Source: an uncultured Gammaproteobacteria bacterium
GTDB taxonomy: Bacteria > Patescibacteriota > Microgenomatia > CAYSOG01
Assembly: GCA_964432675.1 (NCBI GenBank)
Contig: CAYSOG010000003.1
Coordinates: forward strand, 14,368-78,367
DNA: 64,000 bases
Reading direction: 5' to 3'
Positions within the stretch are counted from its first letter, which is position 1. Each line of letters begins with the position of its first letter. This document shows positions 1 through 9,560 of this stretch, one piece after another. The notes beneath the pieces are model-generated. The model was not told the DNA's origin, made no database searches, and worked only from the letters and a program-made list of their open reading frames with translations. Made by a program: the position numbers and the translations under genes.

Positions 1-559
1 TGTTTATTTTTACAGGGTTAGACTGAAAATAGCCTTTTTTAAGAGATAACTTCTTTTTTTTTGCATGCTCCAAAATTTCCTTCAATAAATCCATTTGGCC
101 TGCGAGTGAAGTTAGATAATACCAGTTTGCCTCAAGCTTGTTTACCTTAACCTCATTCTTTGCAAAATTTTGGGCATTTCCGCGATAGGCCAGTACTGTT
201 CTTTCCGCTTGTGGCCCTAATAGTACCGTGCTATAGGCAGTCTGGGCTTTTGGGCTTGCTGTTATAAAATCGGTGGCAATTCTTTCTTGTTGCAGGTGCC
301 ATAGGGCATTTCTCCCTGCCTCGTCCTGGCCGACTTTACTCACTATTCCCGTTATAAAACCTTGACGAGCAAATGTTGTTGCCGTATTGATGCCACCACC
401 ACCAACCGTGGTATACATTTCATCTACGGCTACTTTCGACCCAAAGGCAAAACTTTCAGAGTATCCCGTATCAAAACTACTGTCTTTATGCACTCTAAAT
501 TCCTTGCTTTTCAGAATTACATCGCGTGTTGCAGCACCAAAAGTGAAGACATCAAACAT
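1..559 (-). CDS. PfkB/ribokinase-family carbohydrate kinase (5' part only; C-terminus lies beyond the window start)
   Basis: Manual minus-strand translation from the ATG at 559-557 gives MFDVFTFGAATRDVILKSKEF...MYTTVGGGGINTATTFARQGF...; the N-terminal GA(A/T)xD and the GGGG(x)N glycine box are typical of pfkB kinases. Absent from the ORF track because no stop falls inside the window. Confidence 0.55.
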   Translation of the reverse strand, partial: MFDVFTFGAATRDVILKSKEFRVHKDSSFDTGYSESFAFGSKVAVDEMYTTVGGGGINTATTFARQGFITGIVSKVGQDEAGRNALWHLQQERIATDFITASPKAQTAYSTVLLGPQAERTVLAYRGNAQNFAKNEVKVNKLEANWYYLTSLAGQMDLLKEILEHAKKKKLSLKKGYFQSNPVKIN

Positions 560-696
560 ACTTTTAGTCTAGCTGTTTGGGTAAAAACACGCAACCAAGT
601 AGCTTTTATTTTGTGAAGCGACATGTTAGAATACCTTATTTGCAAGCGCAAAAGTTTATGTTTGCAGTTCTTTACCATAAGAAGGAGAGTAGAAAA

Positions 697-1248
697 GTGG
701 TGTTAACTGTCAATCAAGAGGTGGTCGAACTCGCGAGATCAAGGCTACAGGGGGTGAACTGGATTCCCTATCCAAGTATAGACGGTGGGGCCATATACAG
801 TATTGAGTGGTACGACGACGGCCTATTCGACGGATCACCCCACTATGCGCTTTACAGGTGCAATGCCAACAATATGCACTGGCGTGACTATCTCGGTCAT
901 GCTGCTGGCCGATACATGTACACTGACCCGTTTACACAGTTGCTTCTTGGTGCGCTACAGATCCGTAACCGGATCATGCATCCCGAGTTTCAACTCAGCG
1001 ACAACGAGATTGCTGAGCAGCTAAAAGGTTTCGATGACGAGTTACTTGAGTCCATACGCAGTCTTTGCTCATCACAACCCAGCAGGCCATCGCAAGACAT
1101 CTTCAAGGAGGCATTGGTTAAGGCCTACACTAGCTGGTTCGAACGTTTTCTGAATAAGGTAGTGAGTGAGGGAAATATCATGCCTACTGTATCCTCACAG
1201 CTGCCATGGGGTCCAAACTCCACAATAAATATATCGATTAGAACGTAG
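697..1248 (+). CDS. hypothetical protein with a HEPN-like Rx4H motif (IRNRIMHPE); possible Abi/HEPN-type RNase; GC-atypical
   Basis: ORF track 577..1248; the likely start is GTG at 697, 9 nt downstream of AAGGAG (683-688). The motif R-N-R-I-M-H fits the HEPN Rx4-6H signature, and AbiD/F-like proteins carry RNxxAH. The gene looks more GC-rich than its neighbours. A stem-loop terminator follows, then tRNA-Val. Confidence 0.4.
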   Translation: MVLTVNQEVVELARSRLQGVNWIPYPSIDGGAIYSIEWYDDGLFDGSPHYALYRCNANNMHWRDYLGHAAGRYMYTDPFTQLLLGALQIRNRIMHPEFQLSDNEIAEQLKGFDDELLESIRSLCSSQPSRPSQDIFKEALVKAYTSWFERFLNKVVSEGNIMPTVSSQLPWGPNSTINISIRT

Positions 1249-1285
1249 TATCTCGCATGGATACTGGCTAGTACCTTATACGTAT

Positions 1286-1333
1286 CAGCCCCATCTTCAC
1301 CTAGTGGCGAGGATGGGGTTTTCTTTATATTTT
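1286..1333 (+). terminator. rho-independent terminator (stem CCCCATC/GATGGGG plus TTTTCTTTATATTTT)
   Basis: Stem 1289-1295 / 1312-1318 followed by a T-tract 1319-1333, directly after the stop of the 697..1248 ORF. Confidence 0.45.
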
Positions 1334-1352
1334 ACGCTTCGATATAACTATC

Positions 1353-1426
1353 GGTGGACCCGGATGGAATTGGACCATCGGCCTTTCGGATGTGAACCGA
1401 ACGCTCTACCACTGAGCTACGGGTCC
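1353..1426 (-). tRNA. tRNA-Val (anticodon CAC)
   Basis: The reverse complement folds as a cloverleaf: acceptor GGACCCG/CGGGTCC, D-arm GCTC-AGTGGTA-GAGC, anticodon stem TTCGG/CCGAA with loop TTCACAT (anticodon CAC), T-arm GATGG-TCCAATT-CCATC, discriminator A followed by CC. Confidence 0.8.
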
Positions 1427-1738
1427 CCTCTTCTGCTGATGAATTACTGCCGCAAAAAAGAGATATGGTAAGTCACTAGTATACTTAAGCTACTAGCTAT
1501 TTACCAACAGGTTATAAGAAAAATATGATTGCACTTCTATACTTGCAAGTTTATGCATGATATGGTTTTATAATCATATATTGTGTAACAAACAAGCAAT
1601 TTATTGCAAGGCAAATGAGCTTTGCAATTATAGTGCGACAGCAAACTGATTTAATCAAACGCATTCATCCATTTTTCGTAAAGATGTGAAAACTGCGTTT
1701 TAAAGGAAACGACGTTTTTTTGCGTTTAAAAATAGTAT

Positions 1739-2374
1739 ATGGATGAAGATTACCCACCTAGCATTATTCCGCAAGAGCAAGTAACCCCACAACCTGAAGC
1801 TGCCCAGCCAACTGCAATACACAAACTTGGTCAGTTCTTTTGGGACATTTTAGAAACGGTTGTCTTTGCACTGGCTATATTTGTCATAATTTATTTGTTC
1901 ATTGCCCAGCCACACCAGGTTCAAGGAGATTCGATGTATCCAAATTTCTTATCTGGCGAATACATATTAACGAATAAAATAGTATATCGTTTCGAAAATC
2001 CAAAACGCGGCGATGTTGTCATATTTAACTCACCATTTGAAAAAGACTTCATTAAACGCATTATCGGTGTCCCCGGTGACCATATCAAAATCCAAGGCGG
2101 TCGTGTGTACGTTAATGGCACGCCACTGGAAGAAGCATATTTGCCCAATGGTACTGATACACCAGCAGAATCATTTATCAAAGAAGGTCAAGAAGTCGTT
2201 TTACCTCCCGGACAATATGCTACGTTCGGTGACAATAGGCCAAGGTCATATGATTCAAGGGACTGGGGATTTATACACAAAAGTGACATTATCGGTAAAG
2301 CTTGGATCATTTACTTTCCATTTTCCCACTTCGGTATCGTACCGCAACCACACTATAATGTTAGCGGCTCGTGA
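1739..2374 (+). CDS. lepB: signal peptidase I
   Basis: N-terminal TM segment, then the S26 boxes GDSMYP (catalytic Ser), KRIIGVPGD and GDNRPRSYDSRDWG. Confidence 0.85.
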   Translation: MDEDYPPSIIPQEQVTPQPEAAQPTAIHKLGQFFWDILETVVFALAIFVIIYLFIAQPHQVQGDSMYPNFLSGEYILTNKIVYRFENPKRGDVVIFNSPFEKDFIKRIIGVPGDHIKIQGGRVYVNGTPLEEAYLPNGTDTPAESFIKEGQEVVLPPGQYATFGDNRPRSYDSRDWGFIHKSDIIGKAWIIYFPFSHFGIVPQPHYNVSGS

Positions 2375-2413
2375 TGAGCAAACACAACGAACTTAAAAGA
2401 GGAAACAAGAGTA

Positions 2414-3298
2414 TTATTCTGAAGATTCGGATAAGTGTGCTGTTCGTGCAAGGATATCTAAATCACTATTACTTTTAATATGTGATAATTGTTCTTGTAG
2501 TTTTGCTAATAATGTACCGGTTTGTTCTGATGGACCGTCGATATCAAAGGTTATTTTTAGGCGCCGCCTTGACTGGGCAATTTTAACTTTTGCTTTACAC
2601 TCAAGCAGCGACAAGCTTTGTGCTAGTTCATCCTCGACCTCTTCGAGACCAGAAACATGATAATTATCCACTTCTCGCTTTGGTTCAACACCTCGTCCAG
2701 CCTTGAATTTGCGTGTCAATTCTTCAGTAGCCCTGACCGATAAATTTTTTCGCAATACTTCTTTGTAGGCTTCAATAATATCATTGTCCTCTTCCAAAGC
2801 AGCAAGCGCCCGAGCGTGGCCTTCAGTTGTTTGGCCACCCATTATACCGTCTTTTATTGCATCAGGTAATGATAATAGCCTGATAGTATTCGAAACATAT
2901 GCTGGACTTTTACCAACACGCTGGGCGATCTCTTGATTGGTCAAGCCGAATTCATCAAGCAGTTTGCGATAAGCTTGCGCCCGTTCTAAAGCATTCAAAT
3001 CAACGCGTTGGACATTTTCCACAATTGCCAGTTCGAGCATTCCTTGCAACGTTGTCTCTTTCACGACAACGGGTACATGAGTAAGACCGGCTATTTTGGA
3101 AGCCCGCCAGCGTCGTTCTCCAGCAATAATTTGAAAACCAGCCGGTGTTTTAGCAACAACCAGAGGCTCTAAGACACCATGTTCACGAACAGAATCGACC
3201 AGTTCAACTAACGATTCAGGTGTTATAAGACCGCGGGGTTGCAACGGGTTTGGTTGTAAAACGTCAATTTCAAGTTGGCGGATTTCTTGTGAATCCAT
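2414..3298 (-). CDS. parB: ParB/Spo0J chromosome-partitioning protein (no parA in the window)
   Basis: ParB box IIAGERRWRA, an HTH region (GLTNQEIAQRVGKSPAYVSN) and a C-terminal dimerisation domain. Confidence 0.85.
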   Translation of the reverse strand: MDSQEIRQLEIDVLQPNPLQPRGLITPESLVELVDSVREHGVLEPLVVAKTPAGFQIIAGERRWRASKIAGLTHVPVVVKETTLQGMLELAIVENVQRVDLNALERAQAYRKLLDEFGLTNQEIAQRVGKSPAYVSNTIRLLSLPDAIKDGIMGGQTTEGHARALAALEEDNDIIEAYKEVLRKNLSVRATEELTRKFKAGRGVEPKREVDNYHVSGLEEVEDELAQSLSLLECKAKVKIAQSRRRLKITFDIDGPSEQTGTLLAKLQEQLSHIKSNSDLDILARTAHLSESSE

Positions 3299-3346
3299 GG
3301 AGTGATATGTCCTATTGGGCTACACAACTTGCCAGCCCTACTATAC

Positions 3347-3592
3347 TTAAGAAACTGTTATGAGGCGCTTGCCATATCTGGTTATAAAAGCCACAGCGCC
3401 GGTTGTAATTGCAAAAATCGTATGGTCTTTCCCCATACTTGTACCAGTACCTGGGTAAAACTTCGTGCCACGCTGTCGAATGATTATATTCCCGGCGATA
3501 ACCTTTTGGCCAGCATAGCGTTTTACGCCTAAGCGCTTGCTTTGGGAATCTTTATTGCCTTTTACCGTACCACCGGACTTTATATGAGCCAT
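3347..3592 (-). CDS. rpmA: 50S ribosomal protein L27
   Basis: [29 protein letters not shown]...[13 protein letters not shown]...GKDHTIFA is the canonical bL27 sequence. Confidence 0.9.
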   Translation of the reverse strand: MAHIKSGGTVKGNKDSQSKRLGVKRYAGQKVIAGNIIIRQRGTKFYPGTGTSMGKDHTIFAITTGAVAFITRYGKRLITVS

Positions 3593-3654
3593 ATAATGAA
3601 AAATTTAAAATACCAAATTTTAAAATACAAACTTAATTTCCAGTTTTGGACTTG

Positions 3655-4872
3655 TTACTGCTTTCTGAAAAAGTGGACCATTCGACCAATTTTAGCGTCA
3701 GGTCGTGTATAAGAAAGCGGTCGTTCAAGGGGAGTATAGCCAAAATTTTCACAGCTGTCAAGGAGTATTTTGTCTACTAATAGCTGTGAAAACTTGCCTT
3801 CGCGATACATTGGCACAACGACAGTGAGTATACCATTGGCCTTTATGATTGGCGCTGCATGTATGAACAAGTTCTTGAGTAACCGAGAGTACTCCTTTGT
3901 AGTACTTTCCAATTGTTGCTTTGATAATACACCCCTAACTGGCGGTCCAAGATAAGGTTCCGTAATGAGAAGGTCAACTGATTGCTTTGCAAAATTATGA
4001 TCTAAAGCCGCTATATCCACCGCTATTAATTTGTCCAATTTTCCCTTGCATAATCCTGATTTTGCACACCAGTCAATATTCAGCTTCGTATCTGCAACAG
4101 CTTTCACATCAATATCACTGCCGCTGACTGTCATACCAAGTCGTAATCCTTCCAATAATATTGTCCCCTCACCACAAAATGGATCCAATAATACTAAATC
4201 CGATTTCTCATTGCTATAATATCCTTGAGCTATATTAATCAGCATTCTGGCTAATTTTGGCGGTAACATGCCGCGCTTTGGATTACTCTTTGGCCTGCCA
4301 TAATCGACTTTTGCCCACTGTTTATAATCTTGGTAGGTAGTAGTCTGACTAATATAAATTGATTTTTCATCCGAAATTACAAGTAATTCAAACCCACGGT
4401 TGAGAATGTTTTGGGTGTCAAGCTGGACACTTGTAAGACCTGTTTCGTTTCCCCTAACAAAACGAGAGGATATATTTTGCTTCGTAAAATATTGCTTAAG
4501 TGCCCGAGCAATAGTATTTGCTTCATCTTGATTAAGCCCTTCACCTGCAAATTGTACGGCGAAAGTAATTTTACTGTGAAGATTTTCTGTCAGTTTTGGT
4601 AGGAGTAATTCAATCTCGTTAATAAGCGATGTCACATGATCACTCTTTTGTATGACCTTAAGAACCGTACCAATCTTTACCGTTCCGCCTAACTTTTCTT
4701 GAAGGACCTTTGGCTCGGCCGTACACCCTTGAACTAAGGCAAAGCGGTAGCCTATCCTGGTAATATTGGTATCTGCATTTACGTCAACGACAGCTTTGAC
4801 CTCTGCGAAAGCCAGATCCGCTTCACGGCCAAGTGTCAGAACTAAACTATTCGAGAAATCGTGCGTATCCAT
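3655..4872 (-). CDS. THUMP-domain class-I SAM-dependent RNA (guanine-N2) methyltransferase (RlmL/Trm11/Trm14-like, UPF0020)
   Basis: An N-terminal THUMP-like region; motif I LLDPFCGEGTIL; motif IV variant ITEPYLG; KRGMLPPKLARMLINIA is typical of the m2G MTase family. Confidence 0.7.
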   Translation of the reverse strand: MDTHDFSNSLVLTLGREADLAFAEVKAVVDVNADTNITRIGYRFALVQGCTAEPKVLQEKLGGTVKIGTVLKVIQKSDHVTSLINEIELLLPKLTENLHSKITFAVQFAGEGLNQDEANTIARALKQYFTKQNISSRFVRGNETGLTSVQLDTQNILNRGFELLVISDEKSIYISQTTTYQDYKQWAKVDYGRPKSNPKRGMLPPKLARMLINIAQGYYSNEKSDLVLLDPFCGEGTILLEGLRLGMTVSGSDIDVKAVADTKLNIDWCAKSGLCKGKLDKLIAVDIAALDHNFAKQSVDLLITEPYLGPPVRGVLSKQQLESTTKEYSRLLKNLFIHAAPIIKANGILTVVVPMYREGKFSQLLVDKILLDSCENFGYTPLERPLSYTRPDAKIGRMVHFFRKQ

Positions 4873-4950
4873 ATTACAAAATTGATCAGAGAATAAGTAT
4901 AATTGTAGTCTTTTTGCGGAAAAAAGTGATAAGTTGCGGTGTTGTGCAGT

Positions 4951-5283
4951 TTACGATTTCGCAGCTACCTTGCTATTGATTTTATCGACTGAGAGTACTG
5001 AGTATTTTTGGCGATGGCCATGGGATTTATGGTAGTGTGACTTTGCCCGAAAGCGCAGCACATGGATTTTCTTAGCTTTCTTTGTGCCATTGACGGTAGC
5101 CGTAATCGTATAGCCGTCAATATACGGACTGCCAATAACCGTTTTGTCGTCATCTTGAAATAGTAATACCTTATCAAAGGTGATTGTATCGCCAATAGCG
5201 GCCTTTTGTAGGTCGACAGTGACCGGCTTACCGGTTTCAACTTTATACTGGGTATTGCCAATTGCAACAATTGCGTAAGTCAT
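4951..5283 (-). CDS. rplU: 50S ribosomal protein L21
   Basis: ORF 4951..5298; the likely start is the internal M (MTYAIVAIGNTQYKVETG...), matching the bL21 N-terminus (MYAIV..GGKQ.KV). The lysine-rich C-terminus is also typical. Confidence 0.85.
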   Translation of the reverse strand: MTYAIVAIGNTQYKVETGKPVTVDLQKAAIGDTITFDKVLLFQDDDKTVIGSPYIDGYTITATVNGTKKAKKIHVLRFRAKSHYHKSHGHRQKYSVLSVDKINSKVAAKS

Positions 5284-5393
5284 AATTTCACTCATCAATA
5301 TCGCTTTTACATTTTTCTGTAATGCAAGATTACATTTTACCGATTTTATACCAGGAATGTCAACAGTTTACAAGGAATAATAATGTAGTGGTG

Positions 5394-6479
5394 TTATTGC
5401 AGTGTAGTTAATTTTGTTTCTTGGTGGTGTGCCCGAAGCATACTTAAAATAATACCAAAGAGAATAGCTGTTGCCAGTACAGAGCTGCCACCATAGGAAA
5501 CTAAGGGCAAAGTAATACCTGTCACCGGTAAAATACCAATGTTACCTCCAATATGGATATATGCCTGACTTACGAGCATAATGGCACTCCCACTTAAAAT
5601 AAGTGCAGCAAACCTATCTTCCATTCTTTCAGATAACCGAACTAACCGCCAGAAAATAATGGTATAAAGTATGAGGAGTGCAAAAGCACCAATAAACCCA
5701 AGCTCCTCACCTAAACTGGCGAAAATAAAATCTGTTGTGTGTTCCGGTAAAAACTTTAGCTGCGTTTGCGTCCCTTGCCCTAACCCTCGACCAATAAATT
5801 GTCCGGAACCCACAGCAATAACTGATTGGTTGATATTATATGACTTGCCGAGCGGATCGCTTTTTGGGTTTAAAAACGCTGTTACCCTCGCGCGCTGGTA
5901 GGGCTGGGTAAAATGCCAACCAATAGGCAAAAGAACAAGAACAGTAATAAGTACTGCTAGAAAATAACGTAATTTAACGCCACTTAAGAACAGCATGCTT
6001 CCAAAACCACATACCAAAACAACTGCCGAGCCCAAATCCGGTTCCCGAAAGACCAAAATGAAGGGAATGAGAAAAAGTCCAATACATAAGGCTACATTTG
6101 TTAGCTTTACTGGCGGCCTATTCATTAAGATATAGGCAAAAAAAACAATCAAAAATGGTTTCATTAATTCCGATGGTTGGATTTGCCCCCCACCAAAGGC
6201 AAGCCAGCGGTATGACCCTCGCGTTTGGTCAGCAAAGAAAAAAACTAACACTAAAAGCACTAACGAAAAAATATAAGCCGGCACTGCAAGTAATTTTATG
6301 GCTTCACGGTCTAATCGGCTAACTAAAAAAACAACGACTAGCCCCAATACCATACTAATAAGTTGTCGGTAAAATAAATCGGTCGCACTAGAAAGCAACA
6401 TCAAAAGCCCAAATATTGGAATTAATATAAGCGGAATAACCAAGATCCAATCAATTTTTTCGGGAGAAAAACGCATCAT
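5394..6479 (-). CDS. rodA: SEDS-family peptidoglycan glycosyltransferase (RodA/FtsW family). It lies outside the dcw cluster, hence likely RodA-like.
   Basis: Ten predicted TM segments and the conserved SEDS motifs (GSGQFIGRGLGQG..Q..FLPE..TDFIFA..GEELGFIG; PLVSYGGSS). Confidence 0.7.
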   Translation of the reverse strand: MMRFSPEKIDWILVIPLILIPIFGLLMLLSSATDLFYRQLISMVLGLVVVFLVSRLDREAIKLLAVPAYIFSLVLLVLVFFFADQTRGSYRWLAFGGGQIQPSELMKPFLIVFFAYILMNRPPVKLTNVALCIGLFLIPFILVFREPDLGSAVVLVCGFGSMLFLSGVKLRYFLAVLITVLVLLPIGWHFTQPYQRARVTAFLNPKSDPLGKSYNINQSVIAVGSGQFIGRGLGQGTQTQLKFLPEHTTDFIFASLGEELGFIGAFALLILYTIIFWRLVRLSERMEDRFAALILSGSAIMLVSQAYIHIGGNIGILPVTGITLPLVSYGGSSVLATAILFGIILSMLRAHHQETKLTTLQ

Positions 6480-6497
6480 ATTCTGTACATATGCCTT

Positions 6498-9413
6498 CTA
6501 TATCCTTTCGATTCGTAGCGCTTTGCCAAATTTTAGGTCTTTTGCTAATGTCTGGCGTTTGATTTCCTCTTCAAATTCCTTTGGCCAACTTGGTACTTCA
6601 ACAGTAATATATTCGTCAAGATTCGTTCCTGCTTCTTTGCGGGCAATTTGGATTGCTCGGATCAATTCTCGGGCATCCCCTTCTTTTTTAAGCTCTTCTG
6701 TCATTTTCATATCGAGAATAACAGTAACTTGGTTTTCTTCACCTTTTTGATGATCAACTGACTTGACGTTTAATTCATCTGCGATAATTTGTTCTAAGTT
6801 TGCTTCTAATCGATCCTTACTATTATATGTCGCTTTGGCTAAGGGTTGCCGTAGTTTAGCACCAGCTTCCTTCCGCTTCGCGTGTCCTTTTTCAACAATA
6901 GTACGGACCAGGTCCATATCCACAGTCAACTTTTCGTCCAATAAACTTTTATCTCCTTGGGGAAAGTCAGTGAGGTGGACAGAAGTGTCTTGCGTTAAGT
7001 TAACGTATATGGTTTCAGAAATAAATGGCATAAATGGTGCAACTAGTTTGGATAATGTTACCAAGACGCCATAAAGGACAGACAAACATACTGCTTCGTC
7101 TTTTTTATCAGCTGTCGGCCCAAGGCGACCACGGGATCGGCGGATGTACCAAGTCGAAAGGTCGCTGACCACAAAATCCTCAATGCTACGGGAAGCATCC
7201 ATCGCGTTGTAATGTTGTAATGAAGCGTTAACGGTAAGAACTAACTTTGTTAATTTTGCTAAAACCCATTTATCAAGAACAGTTAGTCTCTCATTTTCGA
7301 TTGGCATATCGCATGACCAGTCGACTAAGTTTGCGTAATCAACAAAGAATTTATACGAATTCCAAAATATTAAATAAAACCGGCGTTTTACTTCGTTGAC
7401 TGTGTTGAAACCAAAACGAAGGTCATTTTCAGGGTTTTGCGTTGCAAATAACCATCGCATAGGGTCGACACCCATTTTGTTGGCAGCATCATTAAATTCA
7501 ATCGAATTACCAGTCGATTTATGCATCGGCTGGCCTTTTTCATCGACCACAGTGGCGTAACCTAGTAGATTTTTAAATGGATTTGTTTGGGCTAACGCCG
7601 CACTCATTGCAATAAGTGAATAGAACCAATTTTTAAACTGCCCAGGAAAGCTTTCGGTTACAAAATCCGCCGGGAACCATCCCTCGGGCAACGTTGAAAA
7701 TGGGACAATGCCGGCATCTAACCAGGGGTTACCAACATCAGGAATTCGCACTGCCGTCCCACCACAATCAGGACACTGGAGTTTAATTTGATCAATCCAC
7801 GGCCGATGTGGACTATTGCCTTCAAACTTATCCCATCCTTCAACGGCCTTCTCTTTCAGTTCTTCTTTACTGCCGATAACTTGGAAATGCTCACATTTTT
7901 CGCATACCCAAATTGGCAAAGCTAATCCCCAATAGCGCTTCTTCGAAATAAGCCAATCATGCATATTTTTCAGCCAATCCAATTCACGCTCTTTCCCCCA
8001 CTTCGGCATCCAATTAATCTTTCTGGCAGCTTCCTGCATTTGCTCACGATAGGTAGAACTTGAAGATTGAAGTTTGAAGCTTGAAGCATTTTTATCACTT
8101 TCCGATTCCCGCTTTCCGGTTTCCGCTTTTTTGTCCATGGCTATGTACCACTCGTCAACCACACGCCAAACAAGCTCTGTTTTACAACGCCAACAGGTCG
8201 GATAACGATGTTTGTACTTTTCAGTTTTAAAAAGAAACCGTCCGCCATTTTTTTCTTTAAGGTAATCGATGATAAGTTCTGGGTGAACTTTAGCGTTTTT
8301 GCCTGCTAAAAAGCCCATATCCTTTACATATGAAGCATCTTCTTCAATTGGTGCGATCATTGGCAGGTGAAATTCTTGGCCTAGCTTAAAATCTTCTGTA
8401 CCGGCACCTGGAGCGACATGCAATAATCCTGTTCCTTCGGTTTCAGTTACAACTTCACCGCCATCGATTACCTGATGAATATAGTCGCCAAAATTCTTTT
8501 TAACAATCGGCAAGTCATCAAACGGCGCATCGTATTCCCACCCTAACAATTCAGTACCACGTCTTTTTTCAATGATTTCAACATCTCCCAAAACTTCTGT
8601 CCGCTTTTGCATGAGCCATAACAGCTTGTCGTCATGTTTCACTGCGACATACTCTTCCTTTGGATTAACAGCAACGGCCACATTTGCAGGAATTGTCCAC
8701 GGTGTTGTCGTCCATATCAATAAAAACTCGCCATCACGACCGTGGATAGGCAGTGATGCATAAACCGTTTCATGCGTAATTTCCTGATAGCCTTCCGATT
8801 CTATTTCGTGCTGCGAAATTGCCGTGCCACATCGTGGGCACCATGGTACCGAATCTTTGCCTTTATATAACCAGCCTTTTTCTTGTACTGACTTTAGGTA
8901 ATGCCATATTGAGTAATTATTTTGTTCAGATGAGGTATGATAAGAGTTATCCCAGTCCATAAAATATCCAAGCCGCTTAGACTGCTCGGTTTGAACTTCA
9001 GCAAATTTCTTCACCCTTTCTTTGCAAAGCGTAACAAACTTTTCTAAGGATTTAAATTTGTCGCCATGGACAAGATCTTCAATTTCTTTTTTATTCTTAA
9101 TACCAAGTTCTTTTTCAACCTCTACTTCAACCCATAAGCCTTGCTCGTCAAAACCGTTTTGGAACCGTTCGGCATTACCTTGCATGTTATTGAACCGCTG
9201 CCAAAGGTCTTTATATGTCCTGCCCCACGCGTGATGCACACCCATTGGATTATTTGCCGTGATTGGCCCGTCTAAAAAAGAAAATTTCTTCTCAGAACTC
9301 TTATTTTTTGCAAGATATTTTTCGACAATCCTATTTTTATACCAATGGTCCAACAGCTCTTTCTCAAGAGCCACGAAATCAACTTGCGATTGTATTGGTT
9401 TAAATTTAGCCAT
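6498..9413 (-). CDS. ileS: class-I aminoacyl-tRNA synthetase, most consistent with isoleucine--tRNA ligase
   Basis: A HIGH-type region (FSFLDGPITANNPMGVHHAWGRTYKDLWQRF), an editing-domain zinc knuckle (WCPRCGTAISQHE), a KMSKS-like MHKSTGN motif, C-terminal Cys clusters and a size of 971 aa. It contains a Ser/Lys-rich low-complexity insert encoded by ttgaag repeats (8040-8110). Confidence 0.6.
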   Translation of the reverse strand: MAKFKPIQSQVDFVALEKELLDHWYKNRIVEKYLAKNKSSEKKFSFLDGPITANNPMGVHHAWGRTYKDLWQRFNNMQGNAERFQNGFDEQGLWVEVEVEKELGIKNKKEIEDLVHGDKFKSLEKFVTLCKERVKKFAEVQTEQSKRLGYFMDWDNSYHTSSEQNNYSIWHYLKSVQEKGWLYKGKDSVPWCPRCGTAISQHEIESEGYQEITHETVYASLPIHGRDGEFLLIWTTTPWTIPANVAVAVNPKEEYVAVKHDDKLLWLMQKRTEVLGDVEIIEKRRGTELLGWEYDAPFDDLPIVKKNFGDYIHQVIDGGEVVTETEGTGLLHVAPGAGTEDFKLGQEFHLPMIAPIEEDASYVKDMGFLAGKNAKVHPELIIDYLKEKNGGRFLFKTEKYKHRYPTCWRCKTELVWRVVDEWYIAMDKKAETGKRESESDKNASSFKLQSSSSTYREQMQEAARKINWMPKWGKERELDWLKNMHDWLISKKRYWGLALPIWVCEKCEHFQVIGSKEELKEKAVEGWDKFEGNSPHRPWIDQIKLQCPDCGGTAVRIPDVGNPWLDAGIVPFSTLPEGWFPADFVTESFPGQFKNWFYSLIAMSAALAQTNPFKNLLGYATVVDEKGQPMHKSTGNSIEFNDAANKMGVDPMRWLFATQNPENDLRFGFNTVNEVKRRFYLIFWNSYKFFVDYANLVDWSCDMPIENERLTVLDKWVLAKLTKLVLTVNASLQHYNAMDASRSIEDFVVSDLSTWYIRRSRGRLGPTADKKDEAVCLSVLYGVLVTLSKLVAPFMPFISETIYVNLTQDTSVHLTDFPQGDKSLLDEKLTVDMDLVRTIVEKGHAKRKEAGAKLRQPLAKATYNSKDRLEANLEQIIADELNVKSVDHQKGEENQVTVILDMKMTEELKKEGDARELIRAIQIARKEAGTNLDEYITVEVPSWPKEFEEEIKRQTLAKDLKFGKALRIERI

Positions 9414-9560
9414 ATTGAAAATTGCAATACAGGATAAGCCTATTTTACATGGAAAGACAGATGAATGAAAGTCTTACCCTTTATGATTGAGGCAAGACAT
9501 TCTGTCAAGGTAATGAGGGGCCGCCGGCTCAGTTCCTAATCCAGCGGCCTAATTGAAAAC

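Noticed and set aside
362-616. Small + strand ORFs 362..616 and 387..572
   Set aside because: They are antisense to the 5' end of the pfkB kinase gene, which runs off the window and is therefore missing from the ORF track.
9414-9560. T-box riboswitch upstream of ileS
   Set aside because: The leader is only about 147 nt and lacks the conserved T-box sequence. It contains just a GGCCGCYGG hairpin and a weak TTGACA-N17-CATAAA promoter-like element.
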